Assembly (NCBI GenBank): GCA_031387825.1
Contig: JANNDO010000038.1
Coordinates: 16,114-80,113 of the forward strand
Source of the DNA: Chitinophagaceae bacterium
GTDB lineage: Bacteria > Bacteroidota > Bacteroidia > Chitinophagales > Chitinophagaceae
DNA: 64,000 nt
Direction of reading: 5' to 3'
Both the position numbers and the translations under genes were made by a program. Below, in pieces: positions 29,695-39,088 of this stretch (position 1 is the stretch's first letter; every line of letters begins with the position of its first letter). The notes below the pieces were generated by a model. That model was not told where the DNA came from. It was given only the letters and a program-made list of their open reading frames with translations, and did not search any database.

Positions 29695-32600
29695 ATGTAT
29701 AAAATTTTCACCCTCGCTGCAGCAATAGCAATTATGCCGCTTTCGCAAAATTTCTATCCTGTTTATTTTAATGCCGACAATACATTCAGTAAGAAGGCTT
29801 ATGTATTCCCTTTCAAAAATACTGTTACCACTAAATTTTGGGAGCCCGAAAAAAAATCAACCGAAGCCTGGAGCCAAAACTGGATGGGGCAGGCGCAGGA
29901 AAATATCCGCAAAAGCGAATACCAGTTTAAATGGGAAGAAAAATATAAAGCGTATTGCACACCAAACCGAAAAAATAACCTTCGTTTTTTTTATAATGAT
30001 AAAGGGTTTACTGTTGAACCAAGAACAACAAAAATTCCTCTTGGCGAATTTGATCCGCTGCAAAGGCCCGATGAAATAAAATATAAAAACCTCACCAGCT
30101 GGAAAGTAAAATTTAATCTTGATAAGAAACAGTTGAGCAAAGGAATCTGGCAGGTTGCAGATAATAAAGCTGAGTTCATTACAGATAAAATAACTGTTCA
30201 GTATCTAAACAACGATGAAGGCATGCGGCAGAATTTTATTGTACACTCTCCTTTATCAAAAAGCAATTCACTCAAAATAAATTTCAGCATAAAAACAAAA
30301 CTGAGAACTTATTTACACGACAACCAATTAAAGTTCTTCCATAAAAAGACAAATGTTTTAAATTATGAGCAGTTAAAGGTTTGGGATGCTGATGGAAGAC
30401 AATTGGAAGCATCATTTAAAAAAAATAAAAGAAATAAATTTTATATCCAGGTAAACACAAAAGATGCAGTTTATCCAATTACGGTTGACCCCTTAAGCAC
30501 AACACCCAACAGTATACTTGATGATTGCGACCAGTCCGATGCCAATTTTGGAATTAGCGTGGCATCAGCAGGAGACGTAAATGGCGATGGTTACAGCGAT
30601 GTTATTATTGGTGCTTATAGTTTTGACGATGGGTTCCTGGATGAAGGAAAAGCTTTTGTTTATCATGGTTCTGCTTCGGGGTTATCTGCTACTCCAAACA
30701 GTACACCTGATGATGCTGACCAGGAGGATGCCCGTTTCGGATGTTATGTGTCTTCTGCCGGAGATGTAAACGGCGATGGATACAGTGATGTGATCATTGG
30801 TTCTTTCACTTATGATGATGGATTTTTAGATGAAGGCATGGCTTTTGTTTATCATGGTTCTGCTGCCGGTTTATCTGCCACACCCAACAGCACACCCGAT
30901 GATGCTGACCAGGAAAATGCTTTTTTGGGGATCACCGTTGCTTCTGCAGGAGATGTGAACGGTGATGGATACAGCGATGTGATCATTGGCGCTTTTGGAT
31001 ATGATGATGGATTTTTAGAAGAAGGGCGGGCCTATGTTTATCATGGCTCGGCCTCGGGTCTATCTCTCACGCCCAACAGCACGCCCGATGATGCCGATCA
31101 AGGTACTGTTTTCTTCGGATGTAGCGTAGCCAGTGCCGGGGATGTGAACGGAGATGGATACAGTGATGTGATAATTGGCGCTAATGCATACGACGATGGG
31201 CCGAACACCGATGAGGGCCGGGCATTTGTTTATTATGGTTCTGTTATTGGAATATCAACCTTTCCTGATAAGATACTTGATGATACCAACCAGGCTTTTG
31301 CCGGGTTTGGTAATAGTGTATCTTCTGCCGGTGATGTGAACGGCGATGGTTATAGTGATGTGGTCATTGGGGCATGGGCTTATGACGATGGTGGAAACAA
31401 TGACGAAGGATGCGCTTTTGTTTATCATGGCTCAGCCACAGGCTTATCTTCCACATTCAACAGTAAACTCGATGATGCTGACCAGGTTGATGCCCGTTTC
31501 GGATGTAGTGTATCTTCTGCAGGCGATGTAAATGGAGATGGGTATGCTGATGTGATCATTGGCGCATGGACCTATGACGATGCTGCAAATACTAATGAGG
31601 GCCGTGCTTTTGTTTATCATGGCTCCGCCGCAGGTTTATCAGCCACGCCAAATAACACACCCGATGATGCTGAACAGGCCTTTGCACAATTTGGTGCAAG
31701 TGTAGCTTCTGCCGGAGATGTGAATGGTGATGGATATAGTGATGTGATAATTGGGGCAAACGGGTATGACGATGCTGGCAATACAGATGAAGGGCGGGCT
31801 TATGTTTACCACGGCTCTGCTGCAGGTTTATCTGCTACACCCAACAACACACCCGATGATGCCGACCTTGCCGATGTTAATTTTGGATATTCTGTTGCCT
31901 CTGCAGGAGATGTTAATGCTGATGGGTATAGCGATGTAATTATTGGTGCACCGCAATATGATGAGGGTGCGAATGCCAATGTGGGAAGAGTTTATGTATA
32001 TCATGGCTCCACAACTGGTCTTGCGGCCACACCAAACAGTACACTGGATGAAATTGACCAGGCATTGGCCTATTTTGGCTGGAGCGTAGCTTCGGCAGGT
32101 GATGTAAATGGTGATGGGTTCAGCGATGTAATTGTGGGTGCTTCACAATATGATGAAGGAGCGTTTATTAATGAAGGAAGAGCGTTTATATATCATGGCT
32201 CTGTAACCGGGTTATCATCAACAGCAAACAGTACACCCGATGATGCCGATCAGGCCGGGGCTCATTTTGGAATTTCTGTAGCTTCTGCCGGCGATGTAAA
32301 TGGTGATGGATACAGCGATGTGATCATTGGGGCTTATTTATTTAATGATGGATTTTCAGATGAGGGGGCGGCGTTTGTGTATCATGGTTCTTCAGCTGGT
32401 TTATCGGCCACACCAAACAGTATGCCTGATGATGCTGACCAGTTAAATGCCAATTTTGGATTTTCGGTTGCTTCTGCCGGCGATGTAAATGGTGATGGGT
32501 ATAGTGATGTGATTATTGGTGCAAGTAGTTATGATGATGTTTTTGCAAATGAGGGAAGATCTTTTGTTTACTACGGTTCTGCAACCGGAGTTTCGGCCGT

Positions 32601-34104
32601 GCCAACCAGTGTGCTGGATAATGCTAACCAGTTAAATGCTAATTTTGGATTTTCGGTTGCAGGTGCCGGCGATGTAAATGGTGATGGGTATGGTGATGTG
32701 ATCATTGGAGCAAATGGTTACGATGATGTTTTTGCAAATGAAGGAAGGGCGTTTGTTTATCATGGCTCTGCTGCTGGTTTGCCTGCCACACCTAACACTA
32801 CACTTGATGAAGCGAACCAGTTAAATGCTATTTTTGGCCATTCGGTTGCAGGTGCCGGCGATGTAAATGGTGATGGGTATAGCGATGTAATTATCGGGGC
32901 TTATCAATATGACGATGCGTTTGTAAATGAAGGCCGGGCTTATATTTATCATGGCTCGACTTCCGGATTATCTGGTATTCCTAATAGTGTTCCCGATGAT
33001 GCAGACCAGGCCAATGCGTTTTTTGGTGTTTCGGTTGCAGGTGCCGGCGATATAAACGGCGATGGATACAGCGATGTGATCATTGGGGCTTATGGCTATA
33101 TCGATATGGGTAATGTGGGTGAGGGAAGAGCGTTTGTATATAATGGCAATGACTCGACCTCAAACCAGCGCAACAACCTGCGACTATACAATTCCGATCT
33201 TACCACCCCCATCAGCAGCAGCAATTTTATTTTCGGCAACTTTGGCGCCGGACTTTTTGCAAAATCTTTTTTAGGCAAGGTAAAAGGAAAAATGGTTTGG
33301 GAAACAAGGCTTAATTACAATGCCTACAGTGGCACACCTATTACCAACAGTACTTTGTTTACTGCCCAACAAAGTACTTACACTGATCTTGGGTTAGCCG
33401 GCGTTGAATTAAAAGATCTTATTGGCAAACTTTTGGGCAGCGGTAGGTACACCAAACTCAGGGCAAGAGTAAAATACGATCCGGTTACTGCCATCACCGG
33501 CCAGGTATATGGCCCATGGCGTAATGTGTCGGCAATAATTGATGGTAATAGTCTTGGTGCTTTGCCGGTTGAATTAATTTCTTTTAAAGCAGCCTGGTTA
33601 CAAAAAGGTAAAACGGCTCAACTGAATTTTACAACCGATAAAGAAAATGGCATCTGTTGCTTTACTATTGAAAAGAGTAACGATAGTTTTAATTTTTATC
33701 CGATTGGTACACTGCCTGCAAAAAATACTTCGGGTATTCAGGCATACAGTTTTATTGACAACGCTGCCACAAATAAAAAACAATTCTACCGTTTAAAAAT
33801 AAAAGGAGACAATGGCAAGGTTGAGTACAGCAATATTCAGCAACTGCAGAATAATGGAACAATAGAAATTCTGGCCTTCCCCAATCCAACAACAACTGTT
33901 TTGCAATTGCAGCTCAATGGTGCGTATGATAAAATGAATGTACAAATCGTTAATACTACAGGGCAAATTGTAAAACAATTCACTAATCTTTCTACTACCA
34001 ATCAAACTATAACAATACCTGTACATAATTTGCCTTCTGGCCAATACTGGCTACGGTTGCAAAGCGGCGCAAAAAAACAGGTGTTGCAATTTTTGAAGCA
34101 ATAA
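29695..34104 (+). CDS. Integrin-alpha-like FG-GAP repeat protein (14 repeats) with type A T9SS C-terminal domain
   Basis: 14 copies of AGD(V/I)NxDG(Y/F)xDV at about 63-aa period. LPVELISF, and FPNP...G.YWLRL CTD pattern. Confidence 0.92.
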   Translation: MYKIFTLAAAIAIMPLSQNFYPVYFNADNTFSKKAYVFPFKNTVTTKFWEPEKKSTEAWSQNWMGQAQENIRKSEYQFKWEEKYKAYCTPNRKNNLRFFYNDKGFTVEPRTTKIPLGEFDPLQRPDEIKYKNLTSWKVKFNLDKKQLSKGIWQVADNKAEFITDKITVQYLNNDEGMRQNFIVHSPLSKSNSLKINFSIKTKLRTYLHDNQLKFFHKKTNVLNYEQLKVWDADGRQLEASFKKNKRNKFYIQVNTKDAVYPITVDPLSTTPNSILDDCDQSDANFGISVASAGDVNGDGYSDVIIGAYSFDDGFLDEGKAFVYHGSASGLSATPNSTPDDADQEDARFGCYVSSAGDVNGDGYSDVIIGSFTYDDGFLDEGMAFVYHGSAAGLSATPNSTPDDADQENAFLGITVASAGDVNGDGYSDVIIGAFGYDDGFLEEGRAYVYHGSASGLSLTPNSTPDDADQGTVFFGCSVASAGDVNGDGYSDVIIGANAYDDGPNTDEGRAFVYYGSVIGISTFPDKILDDTNQAFAGFGNSVSSAGDVNGDGYSDVVIGAWAYDDGGNNDEGCAFVYHGSATGLSSTFNSKLDDADQVDARFGCSVSSAGDVNGDGYADVIIGAWTYDDAANTNEGRAFVYHGSAAGLSATPNNTPDDAEQAFAQFGASVASAGDVNGDGYSDVIIGANGYDDAGNTDEGRAYVYHGSAAGLSATPNNTPDDADLADVNFGYSVASAGDVNADGYSDVIIGAPQYDEGANANVGRVYVYHGSTTGLAATPNSTLDEIDQALAYFGWSVASAGDVNGDGFSDVIVGASQYDEGAFINEGRAFIYHGSVTGLSSTANSTPDDADQAGAHFGISVASAGDVNGDGYSDVIIGAYLFNDGFSDEGAAFVYHGSSAGLSATPNSMPDDADQLNANFGFSVASAGDVNGDGYSDVIIGASSYDDVFANEGRSFVYYGSATGVSAVPTSVLDNANQLNANFGFSVAGAGDVNGDGYGDVIIGANGYDDVFANEGRAFVYHGSAAGLPATPNTTLDEANQLNAIFGHSVAGAGDVNGDGYSDVIIGAYQYDDAFVNEGRAYIYHGSTSGLSGIPNSVPDDADQANAFFGVSVAGAGDINGDGYSDVIIGAYGYIDMGNVGEGRAFVYNGNDSTSNQRNNLRLYNSDLTTPISSSNFIFGNFGAGLFAKSFLGKVKGKMVWETRLNYNAYSGTPITNSTLFTAQQSTYTDLGLAGVELKDLIGKLLGSGRYTKLRARVKYDPVTAITGQVYGPWRNVSAIIDGNSLGALPVELISFKAAWLQKGKTAQLNFTTDKENGICCFTIEKSNDSFNFYPIGTLPAKNTSGIQAYSFIDNAATNKKQFYRLKIKGDNGKVEYSNIQQLQNNGTIEILAFPNPTTTVLQLQLNGAYDKMNVQIVNTTGQIVKQFTNLSTTNQTITIPVHNLPSGQYWLRLQSGAKKQVLQFLKQ
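30541..33100 (+). repeat. Intragenic tandem repeat array, 189-nt period
   Basis: For example a 40-nt identical block at 32652-32691 and 32841-32880. Confidence 0.85.
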
Positions 34105-34128
34105 AGGTTTTTTGCATTAGAAGACTCT

Positions 34129-34184
34129 ACCCCCTCTCCTTTGGAGGAGCCTGTCCCGGTTCATCGGAAGGTTAGGGCGAGGCC
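34129..34184. repeat. Composite REP-like element
   Basis: CCCCTCTCCTTTGGAG ... GGTTAGGGCGAGG with an internal insert GAGCCTGTCCCGGTTCATCGGAA. GC-rich patch in an AT-rich spacer. Confidence 0.5.
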
Positions 34185-34252
34185 AATATCCTTTTTTTAT
34201 TCTTTGTCAAACACGCTATAAATTTTACTTTTGCCCCTTAATTTTCCTGTTT

Positions 34253-35518
34253 ATGAGTAAACTTAAACTGAGCCACCTGGCTGAGACCCTTCAGGCATCA
34301 GAAATTGTACGCCTGGGTGCCACCATAAAAGAAAAGATAAAACAGGGAGAAAAAATATATAACTATACAATCGGTGATTTTGATTCTTCTATTTTTCCTA
34401 TCCCTGCCGGACTGGAACAGGAAATTGATGCTGCTTATAAAGGAGGGTATACCACATATCCCGCTGCAGAAGGCAACCTTGACCTGAGAGAAGCTGTTTC
34501 TTCATTTATTGCTGCCAGGGAAGGATTACTTTATGCAGCAAACGAAATTTTAATTTCTGCGGGCGGCCGTCCTTTGATTTATGCTTTATACCGTTCAGTT
34601 GTTGATAAAGGCGATAAAGTAATTTACCCGGCGCCCAGCTGGAACAACAACCACTATGTTCATTTTACTGATGGTGAGCATGTGATGATTGAAGCAAAAA
34701 AAGAGAACAACTTTATGATCTCGGCTTCGCAAATTGCAGCACATATAAAAGGGGCAACTTTAATTTCTATTTGCTCCCCCCTAAATCCTACAGGAACAAC
34801 ATTTAGTAAAGCAGAGCTGGAAGCTATTTGTGATCTGGTGTTAGAAGAAAATAAGAGCCGTAGCGATGATGAAAAAAAACTATACCTGATGTACGACCAG
34901 ATATATTGGATGCTTACTTTCGGCGATACTGTGCATTATAATCCGGTATCGTTAAGACCCGAAATGAAGAAGTATACAATTTTTGTAGATGGTATCAGTA
35001 AGTCATTTGCTGCAACCGGGGTACGTGTTGGCTGGTCTATGGGCCCTGCCGAGGTGCTGGTTAAAATGCGTTCAATAAACAGTCACGTGGGTGCCTGGGC
35101 GCCTATGGCTGAACAAAAAGCGGTTGCAAATTATTTATTAAAGTCTGATGATATTGATAAATATCTTGTACGCTTCAAAGCAGAGATAAATGAACGTTTG
35201 CAAAAAATATTTGCCGGGTTTCAGCAAATGAAGAAAGAGGGGCTCCATGTTGATGCCGTTGCTCCACAGGCCGCCATTTATCTTACTATACAAATTGATT
35301 ATGCCGGTAAAAAAACAGCTGATGGAAAAATATTAGAAACCCAGGCAGATGTTACTTCCTATATTTTAAACGAGGCAAGATTGGCTGTTGTTCCTTTTTA
35401 TGCTTTTGGAGCAGGCCCTGAGAGTAGCTGGTATAGATTAAGTGTTGGCACCTGCAAAAAAGAAGAAATTGATGAGATGCTAAGGGCGCTTAAAACAGCA
35501 TTGCTGAAATTAAATTGA
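34253..35518 (+). CDS. PLP-dependent class I/II aminotransferase (aspartate aminotransferase-like)
   Basis: SPLNPTG, YDQIY and DGISKSFAATGVRVGW (PLP lysine). Confidence 0.92.
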   Translation: MSKLKLSHLAETLQASEIVRLGATIKEKIKQGEKIYNYTIGDFDSSIFPIPAGLEQEIDAAYKGGYTTYPAAEGNLDLREAVSSFIAAREGLLYAANEILISAGGRPLIYALYRSVVDKGDKVIYPAPSWNNNHYVHFTDGEHVMIEAKKENNFMISASQIAAHIKGATLISICSPLNPTGTTFSKAELEAICDLVLEENKSRSDDEKKLYLMYDQIYWMLTFGDTVHYNPVSLRPEMKKYTIFVDGISKSFAATGVRVGWSMGPAEVLVKMRSINSHVGAWAPMAEQKAVANYLLKSDDIDKYLVRFKAEINERLQKIFAGFQQMKKEGLHVDAVAPQAAIYLTIQIDYAGKKTADGKILETQADVTSYILNEARLAVVPFYAFGAGPESSWYRLSVGTCKKEEIDEMLRALKTALLKLN

Positions 35519-35520
35519 TC

Positions 35521-35769
35521 TTAATTTTTACAATTCAAAAAAACAAAAGGCTTTAATTCTCTCTGGCGGATAAGATTGCGTAGCTGGGTGTTTTTATTAA
35601 TGACCTTGTATTTATTCAGGTCTATTATTTCGTGGGCGATAATTAAACTTTCTATTCCTTCTATTGCATACAACAATTGATGAAGTTGCTCCACTTCATA
35701 TTCTATTGCTTTTTGAGTCATTAACTCATGATTGAACAAAACCAGTAAATCACGGTTTGGATTGTTCAT
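35521..35769 (-). CDS. Hypothetical 82-aa protein
   Basis: Clean ORF with A-rich initiation region, 24 nt downstream of a small lipoprotein gene. Confidence 0.7.
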   Translation of the reverse strand: MNNPNRDLLVLFNHELMTQKAIEYEVEQLHQLLYAIEGIESLIIAHEIIDLNKYKVINKNTQLRNLIRQRELKPFVFLNCKN

Positions 35770-35793
35770 AGTATTTGGGTGCTTTGTTTGTGC

Positions 35794-35925
35794 TTACTTA
35801 TATCCTATCATTCCTTGTTTATTTGGGCATCCGCACTGTCCTTTCTTTGAGGAAGAACATCCCGTTATAGCAATCATGCCTGCCACAAGTAAAAGTAGAA
35901 ATGTTGTTTTAATTCGATTTTGCAT
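35794..35925 (-). CDS. Small 43-aa lipoprotein (not in ORF track): MQNRIKTTFLLLLVAGMIAITG-CSSSKKGQCGCPNKQGMIGYK
   Basis: Translated by hand. Basic N-region, hydrophobic core, ITGC lipobox, and a TAAATTGC promoter-like element just upstream. Confidence 0.75.
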   Translation of the reverse strand: MQNRIKTTFLLLLVAGMIAITGCSSSKKGQCGCPNKQGMIGYK

Positions 35926-35979
35926 ATCTATAGATTAGCAATTTAAACTATTTTCACAAACTTTTATTGCATTATTTGA

Positions 35980-37101
35980 ATGAAAAGCATAAAATTTAAC
36001 AGGCCCCTTCATAAGCCCCGTATTTTGGTGGCCCCCCTTGATTGGGGCCTTGGGCATGCAACCCGTTCCATTCCAATTATTAACAGGTTATTAAAACAAG
36101 ATTGTGAAGTAATTATTGCCGCAGAAGGCCCTTGCAGGCTATTACTGGAAAAAGAGTTTCCCGGCCTGTTTTTTTTGAATCTAAGGGGTTATCGTATGCA
36201 ATATAGCCGCCAAAAATTCTGGATGCCGGTAAAATTACTTATTCAGCTTCCGAAAATTTTTCTGAGTATTTATACAGAACATTCCTGGTTGAAAAAGATG
36301 ATAAAAGAATATTCTTTTGATGCAGTTATTTCCGACAATCGTTTGGGTTTGTACCATTCGTTTGTTCCCTGTATATATATCACTCATCAACTGAAGATAA
36401 AAACCGGTAACCGGTTTACTGAATGGGTTGCTCAAAAATTACATCACCGGTTCATCAACAAATACAATGAATGTTGGGTACCTGATACCGCTGGAGAAAT
36501 TAATCTTGCAGGAGAACTTTCTCATCCTGTAGCATTACCACAGGCGCCGGTAAAATACATCGGTCCTTTGTCCAGGCTTGAAAAAAGCAAGCTTGAAATA
36601 AAATATGACCTCCTGGTTATTTTATCCGGCCCGGAGCCTCAACGTTCTGTTTTTGAAAAAATGCTTTTATATGACCTTGAAAAATACACCGGAAGAATTT
36701 TATTGGTAAGGGGGCTTCCGTCAGATACAACATTATTAAAAACTTCTTCCTCTCTTGAAATACAAAACCATTTGCCTGCTGCTGAATTAAATCATGCTAT
36801 CCTTCAATCAAAAATAATTATCAGCAGGTGTGGTTATACCACAATAATGGATCTTAATAAGCTACAAAAAGAAGCAATATTGGTTCCCACGCCGGGGCAG
36901 ACAGAACAGGAATATCTTGCAGATTATTTACTAAAACAAAAATTCTTCTTCTGTGTAAGTCAAAAGGATTTTTCTTTGTCTGCTACTTTAAAAAAAGCAG
37001 AAGGTTTTTCTTTTAGCAAACCGGCTTTTCCTCAAAATGGTTATGAAGCAGTAATAGATAATTTTGTTTTAAATTCCTTGTTGGCCGGAAAATATCCTTA
37101 A
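35980..37101 (+). CDS. GT-B fold glycosyltransferase (GT28 C-terminal domain family)
   Basis: LDWGLGHATR, ISDNR, LSGPEPQR, RCGYTT and PTPGQTEQEYLA. Confidence 0.88.
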   Translation: MKSIKFNRPLHKPRILVAPLDWGLGHATRSIPIINRLLKQDCEVIIAAEGPCRLLLEKEFPGLFFLNLRGYRMQYSRQKFWMPVKLLIQLPKIFLSIYTEHSWLKKMIKEYSFDAVISDNRLGLYHSFVPCIYITHQLKIKTGNRFTEWVAQKLHHRFINKYNECWVPDTAGEINLAGELSHPVALPQAPVKYIGPLSRLEKSKLEIKYDLLVILSGPEPQRSVFEKMLLYDLEKYTGRILLVRGLPSDTTLLKTSSSLEIQNHLPAAELNHAILQSKIIISRCGYTTIMDLNKLQKEAILVPTPGQTEQEYLADYLLKQKFFFCVSQKDFSLSATLKKAEGFSFSKPAFPQNGYEAVIDNFVLNSLLAGKYP

Positions 37102-39041
37102 TGATTCAGGAATTTATAGCCACTTCTTATTTTTTGCAGATCAAGCAGCGGTGAATAGCTTGTAGCATACCACTCGTCGCTTTTTCTTAAACTTTCTTCC
37201 GGTAGCTCATTTAGCAGGGTGGGTAAAGCCGTGCTTGTTATAACCCCATGCCTGATCAGGGGTAAATCATTCAGGGCCGAGGTGTAACCTACCCATGTTT
37301 TTTTTCCGAGCAATACAGTAAAAATATTTATATAAAAACGAAAAGGATTCTTTTGCAATATCAGGTGCAGGGGAAAGCTGATAATAAATAAAAGCGCAAC
37401 AACAATGTCAAGCAATCTTTTATTACGGCGATTTGCAGGCTTTGCAATACTATAGTTTTTTTCTACCGCAACATAATCGCCACTAACATTTTTACTATCG
37501 CTGCCTACAATACTGCTGCTTCCCGATGCATGAAATTTATTTCTTATTCCCGGCGGCAGTCCTTTAATTGTGCTGATTATTTCTTTGAAGCTTAGTCCGT
37601 TCTCACAAAATATTATTTCTTTAACCCTGTATTTCCTGATCAGTGTTGGCAGCTGACTGATATCACCCAGCATTGATGTTTTGTTTGTTTCATAAATATC
37701 AACCCGCCCTAAAACCCTTTCGGGCATACCGGCTTTTTGCATTAGGTTCGTAATAGCCATAAAATCTTTTTCGCCGGCTACCACTATTGTTTGGCGGCGC
37801 TCCTCATTTTCATCTCCCGTTTCCAGCAAGCGCCATTTAATAAAAAGTTGCCGCATTATATTCATCATTATAAATGCCAGAACTATTCCAAATACCAATA
37901 TACCCCTGGAAAACCTGACCGTTTCCGGTAACAATGCATATCCGCTTAATAAAACCAGTGCCGCAACTATGGTAGACCTTACAAGCTGCGATTGTTTATA
38001 GCCTTTATCATACAATCCTGAATAGAATGATGCAAATAAAAAAATAGCTGTAAATACAGGAAAAGCTATGAATAAAATATTGGGGGAATAATTCAGCTCC
38101 TGCCGTACATAATTACTCCATAAATATTTTATGCACCAAAATGCAGTTAAAATAATTCCAGCATCAATCAAAGGCAACCCAACTTTTTTCATTAGGTTTC
38201 CCAGTGCCGAAAATCCGGCCCTGGTTATAATTGCTGCCTGTATAAAAAAAATGAAGACGCCGGCACTGCTTCCGCTATAATGTTTTTTTACAAACAGGTT
38301 CATGGCCTGGTAAAACAACCTTACATAATTCAGGCTCCCCCTTTTTGTACTTTCTCCTTTAAAATGAATGATGCTGCTTTTAGCAAAATAATAATTTTTG
38401 TATCCTGCTTTTTGTATTCTGAAACTAAGATCAACGTCTTCGCCATACATAAAAAACCGTTCATCAAAATTTCCAATTTCTTTTAAAATCCTATCTGGCA
38501 CCATCATAAAGGCTCCTGCTAATACATCTACTTCGTGATTCTCATTTTCCGGCAAATGGCCTAAATGATACTTTGCGAACGTTCCTGACCCCTGAAAGAG
38601 TGTTGCAAGCCCGGATAGTTTGTATAAAGAAGTTAATGGAGAAGGAAATGATCTTTTGCTTTCTTTTAAAAATTTACCGCTGCCATCGATCATTTGTATT
38701 CCCAACGCTCCGGCATTTGTATGTGATTGCAAAAATGAAATACTTTTTTCAAAACAATCTTCGGGAACAATGGTGTCGGGGTTTAAAAACAGGATGAATT
38801 CGCCTTTTGTGTTTTCAAGTGGCAGGTTATTTGCTTTTGCAAAGCCAACATTCTCTGTATTCCAGATAAATTTAACTGTCGGGAATTTTGACAAAAACAG
38901 TTCTTTACTTCCATCTGAGGAGTTGTTATCTACTACTATTATTTCCGCATCAATATTAACACATGCCTTTATAACAGAACACAGGCATTGTTCTAAAAAG
39001 TGTTTTACGTTATAGTTTACTATTATTACCGAAAGTTGCAA
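37098..39041 (-). CDS. GT2 glycosyltransferase with membrane and sugar-transferase-like C-terminal region
   Basis: IIVNYN, VVDNNS, GFAKANN, LNPDT, FFMYGEDVD and HFKGES, followed by four TM helices. Confidence 0.9.
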   Translation of the reverse strand: MQLSVIIVNYNVKHFLEQCLCSVIKACVNIDAEIIVVDNNSSDGSKELFLSKFPTVKFIWNTENVGFAKANNLPLENTKGEFILFLNPDTIVPEDCFEKSISFLQSHTNAGALGIQMIDGSGKFLKESKRSFPSPLTSLYKLSGLATLFQGSGTFAKYHLGHLPENENHEVDVLAGAFMMVPDRILKEIGNFDERFFMYGEDVDLSFRIQKAGYKNYYFAKSSIIHFKGESTKRGSLNYVRLFYQAMNLFVKKHYSGSSAGVFIFFIQAAIITRAGFSALGNLMKKVGLPLIDAGIILTAFWCIKYLWSNYVRQELNYSPNILFIAFPVFTAIFLFASFYSGLYDKGYKQSQLVRSTIVAALVLLSGYALLPETVRFSRGILVFGIVLAFIMMNIMRQLFIKWRLLETGDENEERRQTIVVAGEKDFMAITNLMQKAGMPERVLGRVDIYETNKTSMLGDISQLPTLIRKYRVKEIIFCENGLSFKEIISTIKGLPPGIRNKFHASGSSSIVGSDSKNVSGDYVAVEKNYSIAKPANRRNKRLLDIVVALLFIISFPLHLILQKNPFRFYINIFTVLLGKKTWVGYTSALNDLPLIRHGVITSTALPTLLNELPEESLRKSDEWYATSYSPLLDLQKIRSGYKFLNH

Positions 39042-39088
39042 ATCATCTACGTTACTTCCTGCGAAATACGAGTTTTTATTTCATTAAA

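Noticed and set aside
30541-33100. Regular repeats as a possible CRISPR array or DGR
   Set aside because: The repeats are in-frame 63-aa FG-GAP units with no spacers, and there are no cas or reverse-transcriptase genes.
35732-35938. Plus-strand 68-aa ORF in the ORF track
   Set aside because: It is the antisense shadow of the 43-aa lipoprotein and overlaps the start of the 82-aa gene.
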